Shown here in pieces: positions 27,069 through 34,656 of a stretch of DNA of 51,213 bases. The stretch lies in IMG/VR virus record IMGVR_UViG_3300010939_000106, positions 1 to 51,213 of that record; one strand, given 5' to 3'. Source of the stretch: a virus (taxonomy: Duplodnaviria; Caudoviricetes). Made by a program: the position numbers and the translations under genes. Position 1 is the first letter of the stretch; the number at the start of each line of letters is the position of its first letter. Under the pieces are notes generated by a model that did not search any database, was not told the DNA's origin, and saw nothing but the letters and a program-made list of their open reading frames with translations.

Positions 27069-27707
27069 TCATTCATTTCCGCCTTCCTCGCCGGATTCAT
27101 CGATCACTTGCCCTTCGATCACCACCACGCCGCCCGCTTCCTCCCTCACCCCTTCGCCCGCACCGCCGCCACCCGACACTCCGCCGCCACCCGGCACTCT
27201 GCCGCCACCCGGCAAGTCGCCCCCGATCACCAGCGTCACGACGCCGCGCGCATCGACCTGGACCGCCAGCGGCTGCTTCTGATGCACATACGGCGCGAGC
27301 TCCTTCGCGGCCAGAAGCTGCAGCTTGAACGCCTCCCCCTTGGTGATGGACAACTCCTTCGCCAGCTGATCGACCGGCCGCGAATAGGTCTCGGCGAGCA
27401 CCAACAGCGGCGGCCGCCGGCCGCGCAGGAGATAGTCAACCCACTCATCCGTCCGCTTGTTGCGCGACCCTTTGGGCCGGCCCGGCCCGCGAACCTGCGG
27501 TTGGCCTCCCTGCGGTTGGCCTTCCACCCCTCCCCTGTCCTCGCCTTGCTGGCCACCCTCCGGCTCGACGACAATCGGCAGCGGCATCTGCTCCGCCTGG
27601 CCCAGGTGTGGCGGCGAGATCACGTTGCCGACCGCGTCCAGCGCCGCGCTCAGCCCGACCTTGCCCTCGCCCTCGCTGCCTTTCCCGCCGCGCTTGTCAT
27701 CCGTCAT
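27069..27707 (-). CDS. terS: Terminase small subunit
   Basis: GRPKGSRNKRT and AAKELAPYVHQK motifs; upstream of terL. Confidence 0.7.
   Translation of the reverse strand: MTDDKRGGKGSEGEGKVGLSAALDAVGNVISPPHLGQAEQMPLPIVVEPEGGQQGEDRGGVEGQPQGGQPQVRGPGRPKGSRNKRTDEWVDYLLRGRRPPLLVLAETYSRPVDQLAKELSITKGEAFKLQLLAAKELAPYVHQKQPLAVQVDARGVVTLVIGGDLPGGGRVPGGGGVSGGGGAGEGVREEAGGVVVIEGQVIDESGEEGGNE
27491..27525. repeat. 15-bp unit CCTGCGGTT(G/A)GC x2 inside terS
   Basis: gaacctgcggttggcctccctgcggttggccttcc. Confidence 0.75.
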
Positions 27708-27745
27708 CGAATAAACACCTGATATTTAATTGCTTTCCGCTCTCA

Positions 27746-27861
27746 GGGAGACTAATGAGACACTCCATGCCGCTTCTAAACGTTAACCACTGTTACACGC
27801 GCACACACACGTAACAGCCCTTAACCAAAACACCCGGCGTGGAATGTCTCGCCAGTCTCCC
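27746..27861. promoter_or_regulatory. Nested inverted repeat, putative replication origin
   Basis: 27-bp arms 27746-27772 and 27835-27861 (22/27 complementary by hand); inner CTGTTAC/GTAACAG around an alternating purine-pyrimidine core; directly downstream of the helicase module. Confidence 0.6.
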
Positions 27862-27868
27862 TTATGCT

Positions 27869-28405
27869 TCACAACTGGTCTCTCCTAGCCGCTTTCAACC
27901 GCAACCCGCAATGCGCCCTCACCCCGCCGTGCCGCCGGCACCGCCGATAGCCGCGAGCGGCGAGTGCCCGGCAGAAGGCCCGCTTGCCGGCGAACTCCCC
28001 CGCTGCCTCGGCCCATGCGCTCCAACTTTCGTAGAGCTCGCCCACAGTTGCCACCACACCCCGGCCTCTCGCGCAACAATCCTTGATCCAATCGCCGACG
28101 GCCGCCCTAACCTCGGTATCGTCTACGGTCCGGAGCACCTCATCCGCTCCAATAAGCGCTAGTCCGCGATGCGCCCTCACACCGCCAAGCAGGCGGCAGC
28201 GCTCGAACCTGTGCCGGGTGAGCAGCCGACCCAACTGGCGCTTGCTGACCGGCTCATAATTCCCACCCCGCGACCAATCCATCCAGCTCGCATGAAGATC
28301 GGCGATCGCCGTCGTGGCATCGACCACGGCGACCGTGATGCACGCCCGCATCCACAGCTTGAACGCCGCCTCCGCCACCAGCATCTCAGTGCTCCCACGG
28401 CTCAT
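27869..28405 (-). CDS. Tandem winged-helix protein: two copies of the helicase C-terminal domain
   Basis: Two internal repeats W...C...L...W..W...KR...R.L...GGVRAH.GL.L matching the C-terminus of the upstream helicase. Confidence 0.65.
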   Translation of the reverse strand: MSRGSTEMLVAEAAFKLWMRACITVAVVDATTAIADLHASWMDWSRGGNYEPVSKRQLGRLLTRHRFERCRLLGGVRAHRGLALIGADEVLRTVDDTEVRAAVGDWIKDCCARGRGVVATVGELYESWSAWAEAAGEFAGKRAFCRALAARGYRRCRRHGGVRAHCGLRLKAARRDQL

Positions 28406-29948
28406 CGCTAGTGCTGTCGGCCAGGCTCAGGTTCTGCTGGCCGCCCTCCTTGAGACCGATCCCGCTGAAGCCATGCTGTCCGCCGGTGAACCGGCGCGGC
28501 TTGAAGCCGCGCGCCTTGAGCGCGTCGGCGAACTGCCGCTCCTTACCAATCCATTCCTTCGCCACCTCGGCCCACGCCCTCCAATCGCCGAACAGCTCGC
28601 GCGTCAACGCGGCCTGATCCACGCCGACCGCGCAGCGCTCCTCGATCCAGCGGCCGATCACGTCCTCGGCCTCGAAGTAATCCCCCGTCGCGGCGCGGAC
28701 CGCGTCGGGCGGAGAGAGCCCGATCTTCTGCCAGTCGAGCGCCCCCTCGACCGCCCACGCCAGGATCCCGGGCCACTCCCGCTTGAGCCTGTCCGAGAGC
28801 TTCTTGTCGGGCTTGGGCGGCACATGCTGGAACGGCACGATGTTCAGGCGCCGGCGCATCGCCGCGTCGACGCTCCTCACCGTCGGGCGATAATTCCCGG
28901 CCATGAACAGCTTGAAGGTGGGCAAGAAGCTGAAGAAGTCCTGGCGCATCTGGCGCGCGGTGATCCGGTCGCCGCCGGTGATCGCCTTCAATTTCGCCTC
29001 GTCCCAGCGCCGCCCCTCCTCGGTCTCGGTCGCGATCACCAGCCGCCGCCCGGCCAGCATCGCCAGCTCGGTCGGATGGCGCTCGCCGCGGCTCACCGTG
29101 AACACGTCCATCGGCGCCGTCGTCGCATAGTCCCCCATGATTCCCGACAACGCGTTCAAAAACACGCTCTTGCCCGCCCCGCCGGGGCCGAAGGCGAAGA
29201 ACACCGCGTGTTCCTCGATCGAGCCCGTCAGGCAATAGCCGGCGATCCGCTTGAGATACGCCTGGAGCTCCTTGTCGCCCCCGGTCGCCTCGTGCAGGTA
29301 GCGCTCCCACCTCGGCGCCGCCGCGCTGAGCATCGCGTCCTTGAGCCCGCCGCTTGAACCTGCGGTTGGCTTTCCTGCGGTTAGCCTTCCTGCGGTTAGC
29401 CTAGGCCCGACCGGCGTGATCCTGGTCATCTTGGCCGCCGGGTCGTGCGGGCTCGCCCGCCCGGTCGCGAGGTCGACGATCCCCTCGGGCGTGTTCAGGG
29501 TCATCGGGTTGACATCGAACTCCTCGAGGCTCGCGGCGTGGCGCCGGTCGGTCCCGGCGAGCGTGGCGATGGCGTAGATCGTCTTCTTCGACGACACCTG
29601 GGCCGCCGAGTGCGGGGTCGGGCAGTGCCCCGCCGCGGTGCGGCAGATCCGGCGCGCCACGTCCCACAACTTCTTGGTCTTCTCCGGGGCCCACCGCTTG
29701 CCGTCCCAGCGGAGCCAGACATCGCTCGCGCCCAGGTGCAGCCACTTGCCCTCGAGCCGGTCGGACAGCATGAGCGCCAGGGCGTCGTCGGAGAACTGGA
29801 TCGGTCGCTCTTGGCTGTCCGGCGGCTCGCCTTCAGACCCGCCGCCGGACCTGCGGTCAGCATCCAAGCCGCTGATCTCCGCCGCCCCGGCCTGGTCGAG
29901 ATGCAACCGCACCACCTTGGCGCCCTTGCCCGCCTTTTCATCCGCCAT
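28386..29948 (-). CDS. P4-family / D5-like SF3 helicase
   Basis: WLRWDGKRW, LNTPEGIVDL, Walker A GPGGAGKS, LKAITGGDRITAR, AMRRRLNIVPF. Confidence 0.93.
   Translation of the reverse strand: MADEKAGKGAKVVRLHLDQAGAAEISGLDADRRSGGGSEGEPPDSQERPIQFSDDALALMLSDRLEGKWLHLGASDVWLRWDGKRWAPEKTKKLWDVARRICRTAAGHCPTPHSAAQVSSKKTIYAIATLAGTDRRHAASLEEFDVNPMTLNTPEGIVDLATGRASPHDPAAKMTRITPVGPRLTAGRLTAGKPTAGSSGGLKDAMLSAAAPRWERYLHEATGGDKELQAYLKRIAGYCLTGSIEEHAVFFAFGPGGAGKSVFLNALSGIMGDYATTAPMDVFTVSRGERHPTELAMLAGRRLVIATETEEGRRWDEAKLKAITGGDRITARQMRQDFFSFLPTFKLFMAGNYRPTVRSVDAAMRRRLNIVPFQHVPPKPDKKLSDRLKREWPGILAWAVEGALDWQKIGLSPPDAVRAATGDYFEAEDVIGRWIEERCAVGVDQAALTRELFGDWRAWAEVAKEWIGKERQFADALKARGFKPRRFTGGQHGFSGIGLKEGGQQNLSLADSTSDEPWEH
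29356..29402. repeat. 15-bp unit CCTGCGGTT(G/A)GC x3 inside the helicase gene
   Basis: gaacctgcggttggctttcctgcggttagccttcctgcggttagcct, encoding RLTAGRLTAGKPTAG. Confidence 0.8.
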
Positions 29949-30384
29949 GATCAGCTTTCAGTGTACGGCCACGCTTTGGCTGACGGCTGACGGCTGACGG
30001 CTCGCTTTCAAGGTTCTTGCATATCCACCTCACCAGCTTGGGATTGTCGCGGAAGACCGTCGCGAAGCCGTTGCTAAAGAGGAGCGCGGCTTGTTCCTGG
30101 CCGATCATCTCATTGTCGCCGCGGCCCCATACCGACCAGATCGCGTGGCTTAGCTCGTGCAGCATGGTGCTCGCCACATTATGGGCATCGAGGCCAAGGT
30201 CGATCCAGATATAGCCGAGGCTGCTGCTGCACGACCCGAACTTCTGCTCGTTGACGGCCTGGGCATGATCGGCCAGATATACCTCGTAGTCGCGGAAGCC
30301 GATCTTGATTCGTCCGGGCGGCTTGCCGCGCGTGGCCCGGCTTGGCGGGATCGTCGGGTTGATCATGGGCTTTTCCTCACTCAT
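29938..30384 (-). CDS. Small HExxH metalloprotein
   Basis: IKIGFRDYEV...TMLHELSHAIW. Confidence 0.65.
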   Translation of the reverse strand: MSEEKPMINPTIPPSRATRGKPPGRIKIGFRDYEVYLADHAQAVNEQKFGSCSSSLGYIWIDLGLDAHNVASTMLHELSHAIWSVWGRGDNEMIGQEQAALLFSNGFATVFRDNPKLVRWICKNLESEPSAVSRQPKRGRTLKADHGG

Positions 30385-32120
30385 CCAACCTCCGCGAGTA
30401 ATGGCTCGGCGTTCGCCTCAAAATCGTCGATGCGCCGGCCGATCCAGCCCATGACCGGCACCGCCATCGCGTTCCCTATCGCGCGGTAGCGCGGCCCGTC
30501 GGGGCAGTCCTCGGCGGGCCTGCCGCGCCAGGGGATCCGGGTGAACCCACGCGGGAAACCTTGGAGGGCCTCGCACTCCTCGACCGTTAATCTGCGGACT
30601 GCGTAAGTTCCATGTGTTGGTTGACCTTGACCGCCATCGGATTGCCCCACTTCTTCCAGCGTTGATAGTGCTTGTCGCAGTAGCCGTGACCCTTCATCGG
30701 CTTTCCGCAGACAACGCACGAGGCGCGCCGCCGGTGAAGGCGCATATGGCAGGAGCGACAGAGCCGCTCCAAGTTCTCCGGCGAGTTGTTCAGATGGTCG
30801 CCATCCCTGTGGTGGACGTCCAAGGCATCCGGCGCGCCACAGCGAGAGCACGACCCCTTCGGGACAACCTTGCGCGAATGCCAGTGCATAGTCGACCAGT
30901 CCGTGCTTCGGCTCGGTCGGGCATCGAACGCCGCGGCCATGCAGGAACGATCGCAGTATTTCCGGCGCCGGAAGTGAAGCAACGACTCCAAGACCCCATT
31001 CCTGAAACGCTTGCGCTCCAACCGCTTGTCGCAATGTGCGCAGTAGCGCAACGGTGTCGGCTTCCTCGGATAGGCCATAATTGTCCTCCGTCTTGCAGGA
31101 GAATGCGATGGCCGGAACGCCGCTCGTGATCCCGCCATCACCACGTCTCAGGCTTGGCAGATGTGTACCCACGTTCCCCCCGTCGCATTGCACCGGCACC
31201 AGCGGCGGGCCGCGCAAGATCGACTGATCCATGCCGTCCTCGCTGGCGTCCGCGCCCTCGGCGGTCAAGGCATGGCACACGAACGTCTCGGACGCGAAGT
31301 CCTGGCGGCCGTGCGCCCCCGTGTGGGCGGTGCGGGCGGTGGCCACGTCTAGCGGCCCTCGCGTCCGGTTGCCGCCATAGGCGAGGACGGCGTTTCGCAT
31401 CCGGCCGTCCTTGCCGGCGGCCGCCCCGCCGTGCTTTCCAAGGCTCGCCGTAATTGGATCGGCAACTCCTTGCCCCGCCGCGCGGCGCGGCGCAGGATGC
31501 CCCGACAGGCTTTCGGGCTCAAAAAGTACCGCCGCAGATGGTCGCCAGTCTCCAAGATATCCGACAACGAAGACGCGACGGCGGCGCTGGGGGACTCCGA
31601 AATATTGAGCGTCAAGCACTCGCCAGCAGCCAAGATACCCGCTGTCCCGTAGCGTGCTGAGGAAGGCCGCGAAATCACTGTTTTCGATAAATTCCATAAA
31701 TCCCCCTGACTGTCCCGGCTGTCCCGGCGGTATTTCGTCCGCCGATGCACCGCTCCAATTGGACAGGAGGCCGGGGACGTTCTCGAATACCAGCCAGCGG
31801 GGCCGAAGCTCGCGAGCCACGCGAAGATAGACCAGCGCCAGGTTGCCGCGCGGGTCGTCCAGGCCGAGCCGTTTGCCGGCGACCGAGAACGACTGGCAGG
31901 GCGTTCCTGCGATAAGAAGGTCAACTGGCCCATGATCCCGCGCCCTTTCCGCGAAGTCCGGTGCCGCCACGTCGCCCAGGTTCGGCGCGTCCGGCCAGTG
32001 GTGCGCCAGGACGGCGGAGCAGAACCGGTCGGTCTCGGCGATCCACGCCGGCGGCCCCCACAGATCCGCCCACGCCAGCTCCGGCGCGCCGATCCCTGAA
32101 AAGCACGACGCCCATTTCAC
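30381..32120 (-). CDS. C5 DNA cytosine methyltransferase with a long insert in the variable region
   Basis: Motif I FSGIG, IV GTPCQSFS, VI ENV, VIII VPQRRRRVF, IX RRLTVEECEALQGFP, X RYRAIGNAMAVP. Confidence 0.92.
   Translation of the reverse strand: MKWASCFSGIGAPELAWADLWGPPAWIAETDRFCSAVLAHHWPDAPNLGDVAAPDFAERARDHGPVDLLIAGTPCQSFSVAGKRLGLDDPRGNLALVYLRVARELRPRWLVFENVPGLLSNWSGASADEIPPGQPGQSGGFMEFIENSDFAAFLSTLRDSGYLGCWRVLDAQYFGVPQRRRRVFVVGYLGDWRPSAAVLFEPESLSGHPAPRRAAGQGVADPITASLGKHGGAAAGKDGRMRNAVLAYGGNRTRGPLDVATARTAHTGAHGRQDFASETFVCHALTAEGADASEDGMDQSILRGPPLVPVQCDGGNVGTHLPSLRRGDGGITSGVPAIAFSCKTEDNYGLSEEADTVALLRTLRQAVGAQAFQEWGLGVVASLPAPEILRSFLHGRGVRCPTEPKHGLVDYALAFAQGCPEGVVLSLWRAGCLGRPPQGWRPSEQLAGELGAALSLLPYAPSPAARLVRCLRKADEGSRLLRQALSTLEEVGQSDGGQGQPTHGTYAVRRLTVEECEALQGFPRGFTRIPWRGRPAEDCPDGPRYRAIGNAMAVPVMGWIGRRIDDFEANAEPLLAEVG
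30587..31078 (-). CDS. HNH endonuclease nested in an alternative frame of the methyltransferase
   Basis: RBS GGAGG 6 nt before ATG; CAHC...YCDRSC; CSRCG...DVHHRDGDHLNNSPENLERLCRSCHMRLH; CVVC...GYCDKHY. Confidence 0.8.
   Translation of the reverse strand: MAYPRKPTPLRYCAHCDKRLERKRFRNGVLESLLHFRRRKYCDRSCMAAAFDARPSRSTDWSTMHWHSRKVVPKGSCSRCGAPDALDVHHRDGDHLNNSPENLERLCRSCHMRLHRRRASCVVCGKPMKGHGYCDKHYQRWKKWGNPMAVKVNQHMELTQSAD
31349..31933 (-). CDS. Alternative-frame ORF inside the methyltransferase (possible beta-subunit-type polypeptide)
   Basis: Protein-like segment GECLTLNISESP...SSLSDILETG...YFLSPKACRGILRRAARRGKELP..LRRALE. Confidence 0.55.
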   Translation of the reverse strand: MGQLTFLSQERPASRSRSPANGSAWTTRAATWRWSIFAWLASFGPAGWYSRTSPASCPIGAVHRRTKYRRDSRDSQGDLWNLSKTVISRPSSARYGTAGILAAGECLTLNISESPSAAVASSLSDILETGDHLRRYFLSPKACRGILRRAARRGKELPIQLRRALESTAGRPPARTAGCETPSSPMAATGREGR

Positions 32121-33175
32121 GCGCTCACCTCCGCCTCGACCCCGGTAAGCAGGTCGTTGAAGTCGTGGGTCCCATCGGGCGGCCGGGCGATCAAAACCTT
32201 CCGCCCCTGGCCGGTGAACGCCTCCACGGCGCGCGCGAGCCCTTTCTTGGCGCCCTTGTTCGCGCCGTCGTTGTCGGCGCAGATCAGCACCCGCTCGACC
32301 GCCCCCGGCAGCACCACGTTCTTCATGTTGCCGAGGTGGACGGCCGCCAGTACGCGCAACTCGGGCTTGGCGATGGCGACCGTAAGCCCGTCCTCGATTC
32401 CCTCGGTGAGCGCGACCGTCTCGCCCGGCCCGGCTTGCTCAAGCGGTCGTCCGCTCGCCCCCTGCCACAGCCGGATCGCGCCGCCTGCATAGCGCCCCAG
32501 CGTCATCTTCGGTTCCTCCAAAGGCGCCTTGCTGACGGCTGAGGGCTGACGGCTGTCTATCGCCAGCCACGTCCGGTGAACTGCGGCGAAACCCCCGGCC
32601 GGATCCAGGACTGCGGCCAGCAAGGCCGGCCAGAACTTGCCGCTCTCGCGGTTCCAGCAGTTGCCGTGGAAGCGCAGCGCCCGGGGCTGGCGGGAACAGC
32701 CTTGGCTGTCCTTCAAGCTCGCGAGATCGATTCCTCGGCCCGCCAGATAAGCCGCCGCTGGCGTCTCCCTGAGCCGTTCGCTCGCCCCCCGCCACAGCCG
32801 GAGCGCGCGCTCGCGATTCTGGTTTTCCTCCGCTCGAGCGGCAGCCGCCTTCGTGGCTCGGTCTTGCTTTGCTAACGGCTGACGGCTGACGGCTGACGGC
32901 TGATGGCTCTCCAACAAACGCGCCACCGCTTGCGCAAAGGACAGGTTGTCCATGTGCATGATGAAGCCGATGACATCGCCATGGGCGCCGCAACCGAAGC
33001 AGTGATAGAACCCTTTGTCCTCGTTGACCGTGAAGGACGGGGTCTTCTCGTTATGGAAGGGGCACAGGCCGAGGTACTCCCGGCCCCGCTTCTTCAACTG
33101 CACCCGACGCCCGATCGCCTCAGCCAGCGGCGCGCGGCCGCGGAGCTCATCAAGAAACTCGGGCGTGAAGGTCAT
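32117..33175 (-). CDS. DNA primase (CHC2 zinc finger + Toprim)
   Basis: GLCPFHNEKTPSF...YHCFGCG; LTEGIEDG; ICADND; DFND. Confidence 0.92.
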   Translation of the reverse strand: MTFTPEFLDELRGRAPLAEAIGRRVQLKKRGREYLGLCPFHNEKTPSFTVNEDKGFYHCFGCGAHGDVIGFIMHMDNLSFAQAVARLLESHQPSAVSRQPLAKQDRATKAAAARAEENQNRERALRLWRGASERLRETPAAAYLAGRGIDLASLKDSQGCSRQPRALRFHGNCWNRESGKFWPALLAAVLDPAGGFAAVHRTWLAIDSRQPSAVSKAPLEEPKMTLGRYAGGAIRLWQGASGRPLEQAGPGETVALTEGIEDGLTVAIAKPELRVLAAVHLGNMKNVVLPGAVERVLICADNDGANKGAKKGLARAVEAFTGQGRKVLIARPPDGTHDFNDLLTGVEAEVSA

Positions 33176-33183
33176 ATTAAACC

Positions 33184-33219
33184 TTGACTCTTACTATCGG
33201 GTGTCCTACATATAGGACA
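33184..33219 (+). promoter_or_regulatory. Promoter with an overlapping palindromic operator
   Basis: TTGACT at 33184; perfect palindrome TGTCCTA-cata-TAGGACA at 33202-33219 over the expected -10. Confidence 0.6.
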
Positions 33220-33266
33220 TAGGGCAGGGCATCAGGCCCGCCCAAGGAAGGGCAAGGAGGCCCGCC

Positions 33267-33557
33267 ATGAAAAGCAAAACCGAGACTACCTATATCCCTC
33301 TCCGCTCTCCTGATTGGCAGTCCGAGCGCGCCATTGGTATCGACGGCACTCTCGCCGAGGACGTGACCGGTCAAACCCGCCGCGTCCGGTTTTTCGTGCC
33401 GAAATCGCTGCTCAAGAACGGCGCTGCACCAGACTGGTTTATCTTCAAGAAGGCCGCCGCGCTCCGCGACGAGTGGACCGGCGGCACCTCGCGCGGCCTC
33501 GGCGGTTGCTTTGTAATCGAAGGCGTGGCCGCCGACGGCCAAGCGATCTATTGTTGA
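33267..33557 (+). CDS. Hypothetical protein (counter-oriented cassette, gene 1)
   Basis: RBS AAGGAGG; SERAIGID...FFVPKSLL pattern. Confidence 0.65.
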   Translation: MKSKTETTYIPLRSPDWQSERAIGIDGTLAEDVTGQTRRVRFFVPKSLLKNGAAPDWFIFKKAAALRDEWTGGTSRGLGGCFVIEGVAADGQAIYC

Positions 33558-33569
33558 AAGGAGGCGATC

Positions 33570-34214
33570 ATGTATTCTGTGACTCATCGAAAGCACGACG
33601 AGGCGCTCCGGCTTTGCGGGCTCGCGAAACTGGGCACCATCGCCCTCAGTGAGCAGGACATCAGCAGCCTGAATCTGCTGGCCACTTCCTATATTACCGG
33701 GGAGGGTTGTCCGGACGGCGAGTACACCCACGCAATACTTCTGATCGAACGCCATACTGAAACCCGCGCGACGCCCGAGCAGGTGCGGGCGGCGCCCGGA
33801 ACGGCGGCGCAGAAGTTCCTCCGCATGGCTGACGCCACTGGCGAGTGCCCTGACCGCGGCGCCGCCGAGGCGGCTGGTTTCACCTTCCTCGGCTCCATCG
33901 AGGACCACGATAACTTCCTCGGCCCCGACGGCTCGCGGCTGGCGATGAAGGGGGGGGAAATGTGGGCGATGCCCCCCGATGACGGCGCGTTGCTCGTACT
34001 CGCCGGCCATCTCCTGTTCGGAGAACGCTGGCAATCGGCCTTGGCCCGTGCGCTCGACATCGCCGACCGCACCGTGCGCCGCTGGGCGCGCGGCGACACG
34101 TCGCCAGCGCCGGGGGTATGGCATGAGATCGCGGCGCTCGCGGCGACCCGGCGCAAGGTGCTTCCCGGCCTTTGCGCCGTGCTCAAGCGGCGCGAATTGT
34201 CGAGCTCGAAATGA
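33570..34214 (+). CDS. Protein with a C-terminal XRE-like HTH (cassette gene 2)
   Basis: RBS AAAGGAGG; LFGERWQSALARALDIADRTVRRWARG. Confidence 0.7.
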   Translation: MYSVTHRKHDEALRLCGLAKLGTIALSEQDISSLNLLATSYITGEGCPDGEYTHAILLIERHTETRATPEQVRAAPGTAAQKFLRMADATGECPDRGAAEAAGFTFLGSIEDHDNFLGPDGSRLAMKGGEMWAMPPDDGALLVLAGHLLFGERWQSALARALDIADRTVRRWARGDTSPAPGVWHEIAALAATRRKVLPGLCAVLKRRELSSSK

Positions 34215-34338
34215 CGGAGGGCGGCGCGGCGGCGTAGCCGATGGGAGATTGGCAGGCGCAGACCCGCCAGCGATCCTCATCACCGCCGCGCCAACCTCCA
34301 TTCTAGCTCTCCCCGCCATCATTTCAAGCCTCATCCTG

Positions 34339-34656
34339 TCAGCTTTTCGTGCCATCGAGCACCTTTCGGGCCTGAGCGAGCGTCTTGGACGGCACCAGGC
34401 CGGTGACGATGAAGATGTGCTCGGCTTGGCCGGTGTCGTTATGGCGTATTTGGTTGCGCCCGCAGATGCTTTGGAGCTTGCCGAAGAGGGCGAACAACGG
34501 CGCCGCCGTGACTCGCATGGCGCCCGCGGCGCGCAAACCATTCAGACTCTTGACCGTAGAGTCCACGAAATAGACGATAACATCGCCGGGTCGGGCGACC
34601 TCGAGGATGTCACAGGCCTGGGCGACGGTCTGTACTTGCGTGACGCTGCGGTTCAC
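34339..34656 (-). CDS. Hypothetical protein
   Basis: GTGA-coupled to the upstream gene. Confidence 0.45.
   Translation of the reverse strand: MNRSVTQVQTVAQACDILEVARPGDVIVYFVDSTVKSLNGLRAAGAMRVTAAPLFALFGKLQSICGRNQIRHNDTGQAEHIFIVTGLVPSKTLAQARKVLDGTKS

Noticed and set aside
27163-27215. 18-bp tandem repeat in terS
   Set aside because: Encodes a Gly-rich low-complexity linker; no evidence of a DNA-level role.
27783-27826. CtrA boxes upstream of terS
   Set aside because: Only TTAACC half-sites; no TTAA-N7-TTAA spacing.
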